This document shows positions 1 through 10,052 of a DNA stretch of 59,034 bases, one piece after another. The position numbers were made by a program, and so were the translations under genes. Position 1 is the stretch's first letter, and each line of letters begins with the position of its first letter. The notes under the pieces were generated by a model. That model ran no database searches. It was not told the origin of the DNA and saw only the letters and a list, made by a program, of their open reading frames with translations. The DNA comes from Promethearchaeota archaeon (GTDB taxonomy: Archaea > Asgardarchaeota > Lokiarchaeia > Sigyniarchaeales > SOKP01): NCBI GenBank assembly GCA_016926735.1, contig JAFGOA010000079.1, positions 1 through 59,034 of the forward strand, in the 5' to 3' direction.

Positions 1-63
1 ATTTTCTTGCTCATTTGCTAAGATGCCAAGTTTTATTAGAATTTTTTCAATTAATTTTTTCAT
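1..63 (-). CDS. Partial CDS (N-terminus MKKLIEKILIKLGILANEQEN...), runs off window edge; product unknown
   Basis: ATG at 63 on minus strand preceded by GGAG; frame open to window edge. Confidence 0.5.
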   Translation of the reverse strand, partial: MKKLIEKILIKLGILANEQEN

Positions 64-94
64 AAGTTTCTCCATTTTTTTATTTATTTTTTTT

Positions 95-919
95 TTATTT
101 TTTTTTTTTTTTTGAAAATCCACCGTGATGAAACTCTATTGAATATTGAATCCCTTTATTCTCACAATAATGAATAATGTCTTCTTTGATTAATTCCCAA
201 TTTTCATCATCATTTTGAAATTCTTTGTATATATTCATCAAATATGGATAATCTTTCTTAATTATATTATTTATTCTATGGATGTTATACGGACGAAAAT
301 TAAGATTCTCAAACATAAAAAAATCAGTAAATTCAACTGAGTACTCAATAATTTTTTTAAAATCAGTCAATTGGGGAAAGAATGGAGAAATAAACACGTA
401 TGTTTTTATCCCATGCTTATGTATTTCTTTTATTAAATCCAGTCTTTCCATAGGTTTTGAAGCAATTGGCTCAATGATTCGTGTAAAATTCTCGTTTAAA
501 CTAAATATTGAAATACCAAATTCCAAATTATCAAATTCTTTAAATAGATTTATATCTCTCATAGCATATTTTGACTTTGTAAGTATTGAAATAATAGCCT
601 TTGTTCCTAAAAGATGTTCAAGGATTTTTTTTGTATTTTGGTATTTGAGTTCTAGAGGAATATAAGGATCAGTTACCGAACTAAGAAGAATTGTTTTATT
701 ATTGTATTTCTCTGGTTGTATTTTTTCAAATGGATATTGTTTAATATCTAAAAAATTTCCCCAAATATCACCCTTGTGATTGGTAAATCGTTTCATAAAT
801 TCAGCATAACAATAAACACACCCATGTTGACATCCAATATAAGGATTAATTACATAATCTATTCCTGGAATATTACTCTTTGTTATTATATTTTTTGCTC
901 CTACAAACCTAATTTTCAT
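95..919 (-). CDS. Radical SAM protein, spore photoproduct lyase-like / Rv2578c-like family
   Basis: INPYIGCQHGCVYCYA (CxxxCxxC), SSVTDPY, ILTKS motifs. Confidence 0.85.
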   Translation of the reverse strand: MKIRFVGAKNIITKSNIPGIDYVINPYIGCQHGCVYCYAEFMKRFTNHKGDIWGNFLDIKQYPFEKIQPEKYNNKTILLSSVTDPYIPLELKYQNTKKILEHLLGTKAIISILTKSKYAMRDINLFKEFDNLEFGISIFSLNENFTRIIEPIASKPMERLDLIKEIHKHGIKTYVFISPFFPQLTDFKKIIEYSVEFTDFFMFENLNFRPYNIHRINNIIKKDYPYLMNIYKEFQNDDENWELIKEDIIHYCENKGIQYSIEFHHGGFSKKKKK

Positions 920-1106
920 ATTTATAATACAGAATCTAATATAATTAATTACTAATATAAAAGAAAAAAAAATATCAAAAAAAAAATTTTTTGGTGAATT
1001 AGAAAATATTAAGATATTTTTATAATCTTTTATAAAAAAAATATCTGTAAATTTTCACTCTCTTTGCTTTAATATTCAATGATAAAATATGAATATTTGA
1101 TAAAAC

Positions 1107-1397
1107 ATGATAGTAATGAAAGAAAAAATTGAAAATTCATCTATAAATTTTAAATTTAAAACTTATAGTAATGGACAATTGGCCGTTTTTTTACAAGATT
1201 ATAATGGATTTCCAGTAGCTGAAATATCAATTAAAGATGATATTGTTGATCTTAACATAGATGAATTTATTTTTAAAGATTATTCAGAAAATTCAACTTT
1301 AGTAAATCTATTATTTGATATGAATATGATTAGAACAACAGGTAGGTTTGTGTTGATTGGTAAACATTTATGTCCAATATGTCAAGTGTTATATTAA
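1107..1397 (+). CDS. Small hypothetical protein, DUF4313-like
   Basis: YSNGQLAV...G.PVAEIS...FIFKDYSEN...TG...CPIC pattern resembles DUF4313; recognised by eye. Confidence 0.55.
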   Translation: MIVMKEKIENSSINFKFKTYSNGQLAVFLQDYNGFPVAEISIKDDIVDLNIDEFIFKDYSENSTLVNLLFDMNMIRTTGRFVLIGKHLCPICQVLY

Positions 1398-3169
1398 GCT
1401 TGCATTGGTTTTATTATATTTTCTAATAAATCAGACGATCTATTTGATTGATTAGCACTTAATATCAACTTTTTTCGAGACCGAGTAACTCCAACATAAA
1501 GTAATTGTCGATCCTTATCTGTTTTATATGTATCAATTTCGGGAATAATAATTGTATCAAACTCTAACCCTTTCGTTCCATGTATTGTACCAATTAATAA
1601 ACCAGAAGTATTGGGATCAAGTTTTTCTAAACTACTCCACTTTAAATTAAACTCTTTTAAATATTTGAAGATTGGATGATTATATCCATTTTTAGACATA
1701 TTATATTTAAAAAGTAATAATATTCTATGGGGATTTTTTAATAGTCTACTTATTTTTAAAGCAAGTTTTTTATATTCATCATCCCTTGTGTCAGAAATAA
1801 TAAATTCTACAATTCCATGATTGCCCAAAAATTCCTTTGTTGGAATAAATTCATCAAATTGACCAATAAGATCTCTAAGACTGGTAGGTAATATCTTTTG
1901 GGCTAATATTCCAATTTCAATAGGATTCCTATAAGAGTTTTCAAATCTTTTAACCCTTCCTCTAGCCTCAATACCAACACTTGACCAATGGAACCTTTTT
2001 TTTGCATATATCCCTTGCAGACCATCACATGTAATGAATAAGGAGTTGGTAATTGGATTTAATACCTCAGTAATACATGAAAACCAAATTTGTTCAAAAT
2101 CTTGAGCTTCATCAACCAGAATTGCATCATATTGCATTTTTTCTTTACCAAGATCTTTTAACATGTGCAAAAATAATTTTGGTACAACATTTTGAAAAAA
2201 ATCTGTTAATTTTCCTTCTTTTTCAGCTTTATGTTGTGCTTCTTTATAGATTTGCCAATAATTATTATTTACGCTATTAATATAATGTCTAATCCACCCA
2301 TGAAAAGTATTTATAGTAATATCTGCATTGTAGTTTTGTGGGATTATTAAATGATAGAGGAGATCTCTTAGTAATTTATTATAACATATAATTAATATTT
2401 TCCAATCTGGATTCTCTTTTGCTAATATTCTTGCTCTGGAAATTAATAGAATAGTTTTTCCACCACCTGCTACTCCAAAAACCAATCTATGTCCATTTCC
2501 CATTTCAATAGCTAATTTTTCCTGTTTTTGATCTAACAATATTACTTTATTTTCAATATTATAAAATTTTGAAAGATCTGCTTGTTCTAAAGTTGGTAAT
2601 CGACACATAGGAAAAATATTTGCTCTTAAAGTCTCAAAATGTTCTTTTTGTAATGAAATATCTCGATTTAAAATATCATTAAAACAGTTTTGAAAATTCA
2701 TATTGTTAGAGATATCTTCTTTAAAACATAAAAAAAGTCTTTCAGGAGTATGTTTTTTAATTTTTAAAAAAATTGGTTCTTCTTTTGATATTTGGGAAAA
2801 AACTGCTATTTGAATAATTGGGATTTTAACATGATTAGGAAAGTGACACAAATCGATTCTGTCCTTTATTATTCTCCAATATTGATATAATTGATCAAAA
2901 GGATTTCCAATATTCTCTAATATATTGTCTTTAAAATAAGCCCATGGACCTGTTTCACTTATCGTTTTAAGCTTATTAGAGCGATAATCTTTAATCTCAA
3001 TGATAATAACACCATATAAAGGAGATAGTATAATAAAATCTGGTCGAAATCCACCTAAATATGGTTCACAATATCCAATAAAAGATTCATTATTAGATAA
3101 AAAATTTTCAAGTCTTCTAAAAAATGTATTTTCCCCTTGAGTAGCATTTAAGGGAGGCCTATTTAGCAT
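1394..3169 (-). CDS. NERD nuclease-domain / superfamily 1 (UvrD-like) helicase fusion
   Basis: N-terminal RPDFIIL...IIEIKD...NPFDQ (NERD); GVAGGGKT Walker A, VDEAQDF, SYRN, TIHGTKGLEFD, LLYVGVTRS. Confidence 0.9.
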   Translation of the reverse strand: MLNRPPLNATQGENTFFRRLENFLSNNESFIGYCEPYLGGFRPDFIILSPLYGVIIIEIKDYRSNKLKTISETGPWAYFKDNILENIGNPFDQLYQYWRIIKDRIDLCHFPNHVKIPIIQIAVFSQISKEEPIFLKIKKHTPERLFLCFKEDISNNMNFQNCFNDILNRDISLQKEHFETLRANIFPMCRLPTLEQADLSKFYNIENKVILLDQKQEKLAIEMGNGHRLVFGVAGGGKTILLISRARILAKENPDWKILIICYNKLLRDLLYHLIIPQNYNADITINTFHGWIRHYINSVNNNYWQIYKEAQHKAEKEGKLTDFFQNVVPKLFLHMLKDLGKEKMQYDAILVDEAQDFEQIWFSCITEVLNPITNSLFITCDGLQGIYAKKRFHWSSVGIEARGRVKRFENSYRNPIEIGILAQKILPTSLRDLIGQFDEFIPTKEFLGNHGIVEFIISDTRDDEYKKLALKISRLLKNPHRILLLFKYNMSKNGYNHPIFKYLKEFNLKWSSLEKLDPNTSGLLIGTIHGTKGLEFDTIIIPEIDTYKTDKDRQLLYVGVTRSRKKLILSANQSNRSSDLLENIIKPMQA

Positions 3170-3486
3170 TTTTAGTAACTTTTCTATTTAATAATTTAGT
3201 TATTTAATATATATGTTCTAATTTATATATTTAAAAATTTGGATAATATGCTAATCATATTTTTAAACAACATTAAATAGATCAATAAAAAAAAGTGTAT
3301 CAAAAAATAAAACTTTTAATAGTATTTTTCTAATGTAAAATAAAGAGAGAAATGATCTTTTTGTTTTATATTTCTTTTTTTAGGAACAACGATCTTTGAA
3401 AGAACGTTCTACAAGTCTCATAATATATTCAACATGGAGCTATTAAATTATAATTAGCCATTTATTCATCACTTAATTTTTTTTTT

Positions 3487-3532
3487 AGAAAAATTTATAT
3501 ATTATGATATCATACTGTTCTTATATAAGAAC
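3487..3532 (+). promoter_or_regulatory. BRE/TATA promoter with two palindromes (probable PadR operators)
   Basis: A-rich BRE plus TTTATATA at 3494-3501; perfect palindromes TATGATATCATA (3503-3514) and GTTCTTATATAAGAAC (3517-3532) before the ATG at 3550. Confidence 0.6.
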
Positions 3533-3549
3533 GATCTTAGATCAGAACT

Positions 3550-4128
3550 ATGTTAAAAAAAAAAAAAGGATTAAGTCACATAGCATTTGTAGTTTTAGGA
3601 TTAATTTCAGAAGAAAATAGTCATGGAAAAATAATAGATGAAAAAATTCAAAAGAGGGGTATGCGAGATTGGACAAATATAGGAAAATCGTCTTTATATG
3701 GTGTTTTAAAAAAGCTTGAAAGTGATGGATTAGTACAATCTTGGATTGAAGAATGTGATAACCGAATGATACGTGTTTATAAAATTACATCCCTAGGTAT
3801 TAGTACCTTGAAAAATAAGATCAGGAACGTAATTTATAATTATAAAGGAAGAAATGACGAAGATTTCTATGTTGCATTCTCAATGTTTCCATACCTTAGT
3901 GAAAAAGAACAATTATTATCATTCTCAAATGCTTTAGAAAGAACAACAATACATAAAAAAGAATTAGAAGATATGCTTAAACTAAATAGAATTTATCCGA
4001 TAAATGTAACTGGATTATTTAAACATCCTATAATGGTTCTACAAACAAATATTGAGTTCTTAAAATGGGTAATAGAAGAAATAAAAAATGGAGGTGGAAA
4101 ATTTGACCCAGAAGCATATAATAAATAA
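3550..4128 (+). CDS. PadR family transcriptional regulator
   Basis: VVLGLI...HG...IGKSSLYGVLKKLESDGLV...RVYKITSLG winged HTH. Confidence 0.9.
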   Translation: MLKKKKGLSHIAFVVLGLISEENSHGKIIDEKIQKRGMRDWTNIGKSSLYGVLKKLESDGLVQSWIEECDNRMIRVYKITSLGISTLKNKIRNVIYNYKGRNDEDFYVAFSMFPYLSEKEQLLSFSNALERTTIHKKELEDMLKLNRIYPINVTGLFKHPIMVLQTNIEFLKWVIEEIKNGGGKFDPEAYNK

Positions 4129-5251
4129 TTTTATTCATAAAGAAGGAGTACATTGTGAATCTTCTGCATTAAGAGATATGTTTGAATATTATGGATTCTC
4201 AATGTCAGAATCTATGATATTTGGACTTGATGCTACTTTAGGTTTTATTTATTTTGATAAATCCTTAACCCTTCCGAATACTGAAAATGAAATGATTAAT
4301 ACACCTATCTTTATAGGAGGAAAACAAGGAACAATAAATCCAAATTCTTTAGCTTGTAGATTGTTGGGATTTACCATGAATAAGCAATCATTTACAAGTA
4401 GTGATAAAGCATGGGAAGAGTCAAAAAAACTATTAGATCAAAATATCCCAATGATTCTTCAAGTAGATCTAGGATATTTACCCTATATAAACGAGGAAGA
4501 AAATGAAGAAATTCATTTTGGAGGTCATGCCATAACATTAGTAGGTTATGATGAAGAAAAAGGAGTTGCTTTTATAGGAGACACTGATTTTTCTGGTCTT
4601 AATGAAGTTCTAATTGATGATTTGAAAAGAGCAAGAGGATCAACAGAAGGACCATCATATTTACATCCTAAAAATAGTCAATATTTGATGATTCAACGAC
4701 CAGACGGTAAACATCCTCCTCTGGCTGCAGGAATAAAGGTTGCTATAGAACAAGTTGTGAATAATATGTTAAGACCATCGATGAATTATTTAGGAATTCA
4801 AGGTCTTAAAAGATTTTCAAAATCAATACTTAATTGGAAGGAAGATCTAAAGGGCATTGTTAAGAGTCCATATAGTGGTAAGAATATGGCATTATCAGAA
4901 GTAACTTTTCAATTAATATATGGATATATTGAGACATGGGGGACAGGAGGAGGTGCCTTTCGAAATCTCTATAGGGATTTTCTGAAAGAAGTCTTAGTGT
5001 TAAATGAAATTAAACATGGTCCTCACGCTTGGATAGATAGAGATATCCAAACACTCGAAGATTCAATAGTACTTATTACAGAAATAGCAAACAATTGGAC
5101 CACCTTTGCTAAAACACTTAAATATGCTGTTGATGAATATAACGAAGAATGTATTAATCATGTATCTATTGATGATCTGCATAATTTAGCACATAATATT
5201 TACATCAATGAAGAGGATTTATTCAAAAAATTATCAAAAATAAAAAATTAG
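4103..5251 (+). CDS. BtrH N-terminal domain / DUF4872-type protein (papain-like, peptidase C39-related fold)
   Basis: HCESSALRD (Cys), HFGGHAITLVGYD (His), GTGGGAFR; start set at TTG 4103 behind GGAGGTG (ORF track start 4088). Confidence 0.8.
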   Translation: MTQKHIINNFIHKEGVHCESSALRDMFEYYGFSMSESMIFGLDATLGFIYFDKSLTLPNTENEMINTPIFIGGKQGTINPNSLACRLLGFTMNKQSFTSSDKAWEESKKLLDQNIPMILQVDLGYLPYINEEENEEIHFGGHAITLVGYDEEKGVAFIGDTDFSGLNEVLIDDLKRARGSTEGPSYLHPKNSQYLMIQRPDGKHPPLAAGIKVAIEQVVNNMLRPSMNYLGIQGLKRFSKSILNWKEDLKGIVKSPYSGKNMALSEVTFQLIYGYIETWGTGGGAFRNLYRDFLKEVLVLNEIKHGPHAWIDRDIQTLEDSIVLITEIANNWTTFAKTLKYAVDEYNEECINHVSIDDLHNLAHNIYINEEDLFKKLSKIKN

Positions 5252-5264
5252 GTGGTTTAATAAA

Positions 5265-7751
5265 TTGGATATGATAAAAATTAAAGGAGCAAGAATTCAT
5301 AATTTAAAAAGTATAGATGTAAATATTCCAAAAAAGAAAATTATTGTTATAACTGGTGTTTCTGGTTCAGGTAAATCTAGTTTAGCATTTGATATTATAT
5401 TTGATGAGGGAATGAATAGATATTTACAATCTTTAGGGTTTCCTCCTAAATTTGAGAATGAAAAACCTTTTGATATCATTGAAGGATTAAGTCCCACGAT
5501 AGCTGTTGAACAAAGAACTACTCGATCTTTTAATCCAAGATCAACAGTGGGAACCAAAACAGGGATATATGGATTGCTTCGAATGCTATATGCCACAGAA
5601 GGGGTTATGAATTGTCCAATTTGTAAAACCCCTGTTAATTATAACTTTGAATGTGATTTATGTGGTATGAAAGTTGATAGACTCCAAATCAAATATTTCT
5701 CATTTAATGAACCAAGTGGAATGTGTTTAGAATGCAAAGGAAGAGGATATAAAATGCACTATACTGAGGAAATGATTGTAAAAGATTATAATAAAAATTT
5801 AATTCAGATTACAAAAGCAGGTTCAGCAGTTTTTGCAGATCAAATCCGATTCATTGAGCAATTACCAAGATTTTTTGATTTTAATATAAAAACACCCTAT
5901 AAAGAATTACCTGATAATATCAAAAAATTATTTCTTTATGGAAGTGAAGGGAAGAAATTTAAATTTCAATGGGAATCTAAATCATTTTCAGGAGAATTAG
6001 AGAGAGAATTTGAAGGAGTGATTCCTCATATGAAAAGAGCTATTTCCGAAGGAAAAAGTGCTTATAGAATAAATAAGATTGTTAAAAATTATATGACTAT
6101 GAATAAATGTGATGAATGTAAAGGATATAGAATTAATGATCAAGCAAGAGGGATAAAGATAGCAGGAATGCATATTGGTGAATTATCCATGATGACAATA
6201 GAAGAACTAATAGATCATTTAAGAATTCTTAAAAAAAATGATATAACCACGATTCAAGGTCAAAGTATGAAATCGGACTTAATAGAACGCTTAGAACGTA
6301 TGATGAGCGTTGGATTATCATATCTCCATCTTCATAGATCACTACCGACTTTAAGTGGTGGTGAGCTTCAAAGGATATCTTTAATGAATCATCTTGAAGG
6401 AGGATTGGATTCACTTGTATATATTTTAGATGAGCCAAGTATGAGTCTACATGAAACTGAAAAAGAATCATTGATTCAAATTATTCTCCAGTTAAAAAAA
6501 TTAGGAAATTCAATTATAATTGTTGAACATGACAAGCGATTTATGAAAATAGCGGATGAAATTATAGAAATTGGTCCCGGTGCTGGGATAAATGGGGGAG
6601 AACTTATATGTCAAGGAAATTTAGATAAAATTAAAGAGTTTAAAACATCCAAAACAGCAGATTATCTTTTAGATAAAATTCAGTTACCTAAGAAATCTAG
6701 TCGAATTATTGATAAAGACACATTATATTTAACAATAAAAGATGCTAAAACAAATAATCTTAAGATTAAAGAATTAAAAATTCCTTTAGGTTTAATGGTG
6801 GGAATTGCAGGAGTTTCAGGATCAGGAAAAAGTTCTCTTATACAAGATACACTTGTTCCATTAATACAACCTTTTTTTAAGAAAACCAAAAAGGATGCTT
6901 CTGAGAAAAAAGAGGAAAATGATGAAAATGGGGAAGAAATATTAGAATATTCAGGTAGGATAGAAGGCTGGGAGAACTTTAAAGATATTATTGTAGTAAA
7001 CCAAAGACCAATCTCAAGAGTTAAAACGTCAACACCTTGCTCTTATATAGGAATATGGGATAAAATTCGAAATTTATTTTCTAAGACTGAAGAAGCAAAA
7101 AAGAGAAAATACACACCAGGTCATTTTTCATATAATTCCGATAATGGTAGATGTCCAATTTGTAAAGGAAGTGGTGAAACAGATCTTCAAATTTCATTTC
7201 TCAGTAGTTTTGCAATTCCTTGCAAAGAGTGCAAAGGAAAAAGATATAAAGAAGAAATTTTAGAAGTGAAATATAAAGGTAAATCTATTACAGATGTTCT
7301 AAACATGACGGTTGCAGAAGCAGCAGAAATATTTAAATCTCAAATTTCAATTTCTAGAATCCTTAATATATTAGATGAGATAGGGATGGGATATATAGAA
7401 CTTGGTCAACCAGCACCTACTCTAAGTGGAGGAGAAGCTCAACGGATTAAATTAGCAAAAGAATTAGGAAAAATAAAGAAAGGAACTTCTCTCTATATAT
7501 TAGATGAACCAACAGTTGGTTTATCTTTTTATGATGCTAAAAAACTATTAGAACTATTAGAAAAATTAGTCCAAGAGGGAAATAGTGTTCTTATTATTGA
7601 ACATGATCCAGAACTACTTTCTTACATGGATTATATCATTGAATTAGGGCCTGAAGGAGGACCAAAAGGAGGTGAAGTTATTTTTAAAGGCACTCCAGAA
7701 GAAATAAAAAAAGATCCTCAATCTAAAACAGGACCATACTTAAAAAAGTGA
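5265..7751 (+). CDS. uvrA: UvrA-like ABC ATPase, class II (UvrA2/DrrC-type)
   Basis: Two GVSGSGKSS Walker A, two LSGGE signatures, ILDEP Walker B, CxxC Zn fingers; only about 9 residues between CPIC and CDLC, where canonical UvrA has the UvrB-binding domain. Confidence 0.88.
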   Translation: MDMIKIKGARIHNLKSIDVNIPKKKIIVITGVSGSGKSSLAFDIIFDEGMNRYLQSLGFPPKFENEKPFDIIEGLSPTIAVEQRTTRSFNPRSTVGTKTGIYGLLRMLYATEGVMNCPICKTPVNYNFECDLCGMKVDRLQIKYFSFNEPSGMCLECKGRGYKMHYTEEMIVKDYNKNLIQITKAGSAVFADQIRFIEQLPRFFDFNIKTPYKELPDNIKKLFLYGSEGKKFKFQWESKSFSGELEREFEGVIPHMKRAISEGKSAYRINKIVKNYMTMNKCDECKGYRINDQARGIKIAGMHIGELSMMTIEELIDHLRILKKNDITTIQGQSMKSDLIERLERMMSVGLSYLHLHRSLPTLSGGELQRISLMNHLEGGLDSLVYILDEPSMSLHETEKESLIQIILQLKKLGNSIIIVEHDKRFMKIADEIIEIGPGAGINGGELICQGNLDKIKEFKTSKTADYLLDKIQLPKKSSRIIDKDTLYLTIKDAKTNNLKIKELKIPLGLMVGIAGVSGSGKSSLIQDTLVPLIQPFFKKTKKDASEKKEENDENGEEILEYSGRIEGWENFKDIIVVNQRPISRVKTSTPCSYIGIWDKIRNLFSKTEEAKKRKYTPGHFSYNSDNGRCPICKGSGETDLQISFLSSFAIPCKECKGKRYKEEILEVKYKGKSITDVLNMTVAEAAEIFKSQISISRILNILDEIGMGYIELGQPAPTLSGGEAQRIKLAKELGKIKKGTSLYILDEPTVGLSFYDAKKLLELLEKLVQEGNSVLIIEHDPELLSYMDYIIELGPEGGPKGGEVIFKGTPEEIKKDPQSKTGPYLKK

Positions 7752-7903
7752 ATTTAAATTAAAAATATTATTCCATTATCTCTAATTTATTTTTAAAATG
7801 AAATTTATATTATATTTAACTAAAAGAATTTTATCAACTAATTATGAAAAATCGAATGATGTAATAATTTAAAAGAATACCCTTCTATATTAAATATTGT
7901 CAT

Positions 7904-9163
7904 ATGTTTTCAAATCTAGTAAAATATTTTAAAATTAATTCAAACGATTCAGACTCTAAAAGGAAGCAAATAGTATTCAACTATATTTTATTCTGCTTTT
8001 TAATAATAGCTCTATGTATGGGTATACTTTATTTTTTCTTTGAATTATATAATTTTTTAGTAGATGATGATGCTTTTTTCACAATACCAATAGCATCTCT
8101 AATCATTTTAGTTACAATCAGTTTTATTTTTATTATCAATAATTATATCTCTCATAAAATTGCAATAGATTTTTTTTTAGTTATATTTGTATTTTTAATT
8201 ATCTTCACAGATACTCCTTATGAATTGTTAAATGGAAGGAGCATTGTATATTTTATTATACCAATTATAATTGGATCAATTTTTTTTAAACCAAAATATG
8301 AAATATTTATCACTATACTAATTATAGGTATAATCGCACTTCTTTCACTGATAAATAGTATTATGCCAAATATCCCGACAATATTTATTTATTTATTAAT
8401 TGGAGGATTAATGGCATTTTCATCTAATAGCATACAAAATGCGATAATTAATACAAAAAGGGCTTATGATAGAATAGATCTGTATAAAGATATATTCTCT
8501 CATGATATTAGTAATATTATTCAAATAATTAAGAGTTCAACTCAAATTCTTCCACTAATGATGGAAAAAAATGAAAATAAAAATGAGATTATTTCAATTA
8601 TAGAAAATTTAGATGAACAGACAGAAAGAGCCACAAGGTTAATATCTAATATCAGAAAATTATCTCAACTTGAAGAAAAAATTAGCCTTAAAAAAATAGA
8701 TGCTTTACCATTTCTAAATGCCTCAATAGAATATATCAAGAATTCTCACCATAATAAGACAGTTAAAATTAATCTTGATGTTCAAGTTGAACAAGTTTAT
8801 ATAGAGGGGAATGAGTTAATTTCAGATATATTTGAAAATCTATTAAATAACGCTATATTTCACAATAAAAAACATGAATTGTTTATTGATATTAAAATTA
8901 TTGAAGAAATAAAAAATAAAATTCATTATTACAAATTTCAATTTATTGATAATGGTATTGGGATAAGAGATGATTTAAAGGAAAAGATTTTTTTAAGAAC
9001 TACAGAAAACATAACTCATCACTTAGGATTTGGATTGGGATTATCATTAATAAAAAATATTATTGAACTTTTTAAGGGAAATATTTGGGTTAAGAATAGA
9101 ATTAAAAATGATTATACTAAGGGAAGTAATTTTATATTGATATTTCCAAAAAAAAAAGAATGA
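7904..9163 (+). CDS. Membrane-bound sensor histidine kinase
   Basis: About 6 hydrophobic N-terminal segments; H-box FSHDISN, N-box ENLLNNA, DNGIGI, GFGLGL. Confidence 0.9.
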   Translation: MFSNLVKYFKINSNDSDSKRKQIVFNYILFCFLIIALCMGILYFFFELYNFLVDDDAFFTIPIASLIILVTISFIFIINNYISHKIAIDFFLVIFVFLIIFTDTPYELLNGRSIVYFIIPIIIGSIFFKPKYEIFITILIIGIIALLSLINSIMPNIPTIFIYLLIGGLMAFSSNSIQNAIINTKRAYDRIDLYKDIFSHDISNIIQIIKSSTQILPLMMEKNENKNEIISIIENLDEQTERATRLISNIRKLSQLEEKISLKKIDALPFLNASIEYIKNSHHNKTVKINLDVQVEQVYIEGNELISDIFENLLNNAIFHNKKHELFIDIKIIEEIKNKIHYYKFQFIDNGIGIRDDLKEKIFLRTTENITHHLGFGLGLSLIKNIIELFKGNIWVKNRIKNDYTKGSNFILIFPKKKE

Positions 9164-9169
9164 TAAAAA

Positions 9170-9859
9170 TTATTTATTGTGTATAATCAGATCGAATAGA
9201 TCTGTTTTAACAAGATATTTGTTTTTTAGATTAGATTGATCTAGGATTTCAGTTATTTCCTTATGCGTATATCCTGCCATAATAGATGTTTTCCAGTAAT
9301 ATCTAATATTTTTTGGAACTACAAATTTTGCAATCTGAAATATCAATTTTGCTCCCAAACCTAAATCTCTTCTACCATCAGCTATACAAAAAATACCATC
9401 ATTCTTTAATACTCTCTCAATTTCATTAAAAACCATAATAGGATCTTCCCAATGATGCAAACTATCATGAGTTATAACAACATCAAAACAATTGTCTTCA
9501 AATTTTTTCATATTTTTTGCATCACCTTTAATAATTTCTATATGCTTTTCAACTGCTTCATTTTTTATATTTTCTTTTGCTAATTGAATCATATCATCAG
9601 AGATTTCAAGCCCTATTAAGTTTATCAATGGTTTTTTTTTAACAAAAACAATACTTATCCATGCTGGACCAGGTCCAATTTCAAGGACTTTTGAATTATC
9701 TTTTATTTTTAAGTCGTTAATTATATAATCAACAAATCGAGTATATTCTTTTATTCTTTTTTTAAAAGCTTGATTAAGCTCTTCGATTGTAAAATCTGGC
9801 TCCTCCACAAGAGCTTCTCCTTCTGGTACTCTTGGTGGAATATTTTTAGTTTTGCTCAT
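9170..9859 (-). CDS. Class I SAM-dependent methyltransferase
   Basis: VLEIGPGPA, GDAKNM.FEDNCFDVV, SLHHW, RVLKNDG. Confidence 0.88.
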   Translation of the reverse strand: MSKTKNIPPRVPEGEALVEEPDFTIEELNQAFKKRIKEYTRFVDYIINDLKIKDNSKVLEIGPGPAWISIVFVKKKPLINLIGLEISDDMIQLAKENIKNEAVEKHIEIIKGDAKNMKKFEDNCFDVVITHDSLHHWEDPIMVFNEIERVLKNDGIFCIADGRRDLGLGAKLIFQIAKFVVPKNIRYYWKTSIMAGYTHKEITEILDQSNLKNKYLVKTDLFDLIIHNK

Positions 9860-10052
9860 TTTTTTTTCACCTTTTTTATTTTTTTTTATTTTTTTTTCAA
9901 CCTAAATTGAACTGTACTGTTATTTAACAATTCAAACCTTTAGATTATATATTAATTATAACCTAGGATACAAAAGAACAAAATTATATTTAAAGGTATT
10001 TTTATTGTCATTATAAAATGACAACGTATATTGACTAATATAGACATTTTAG

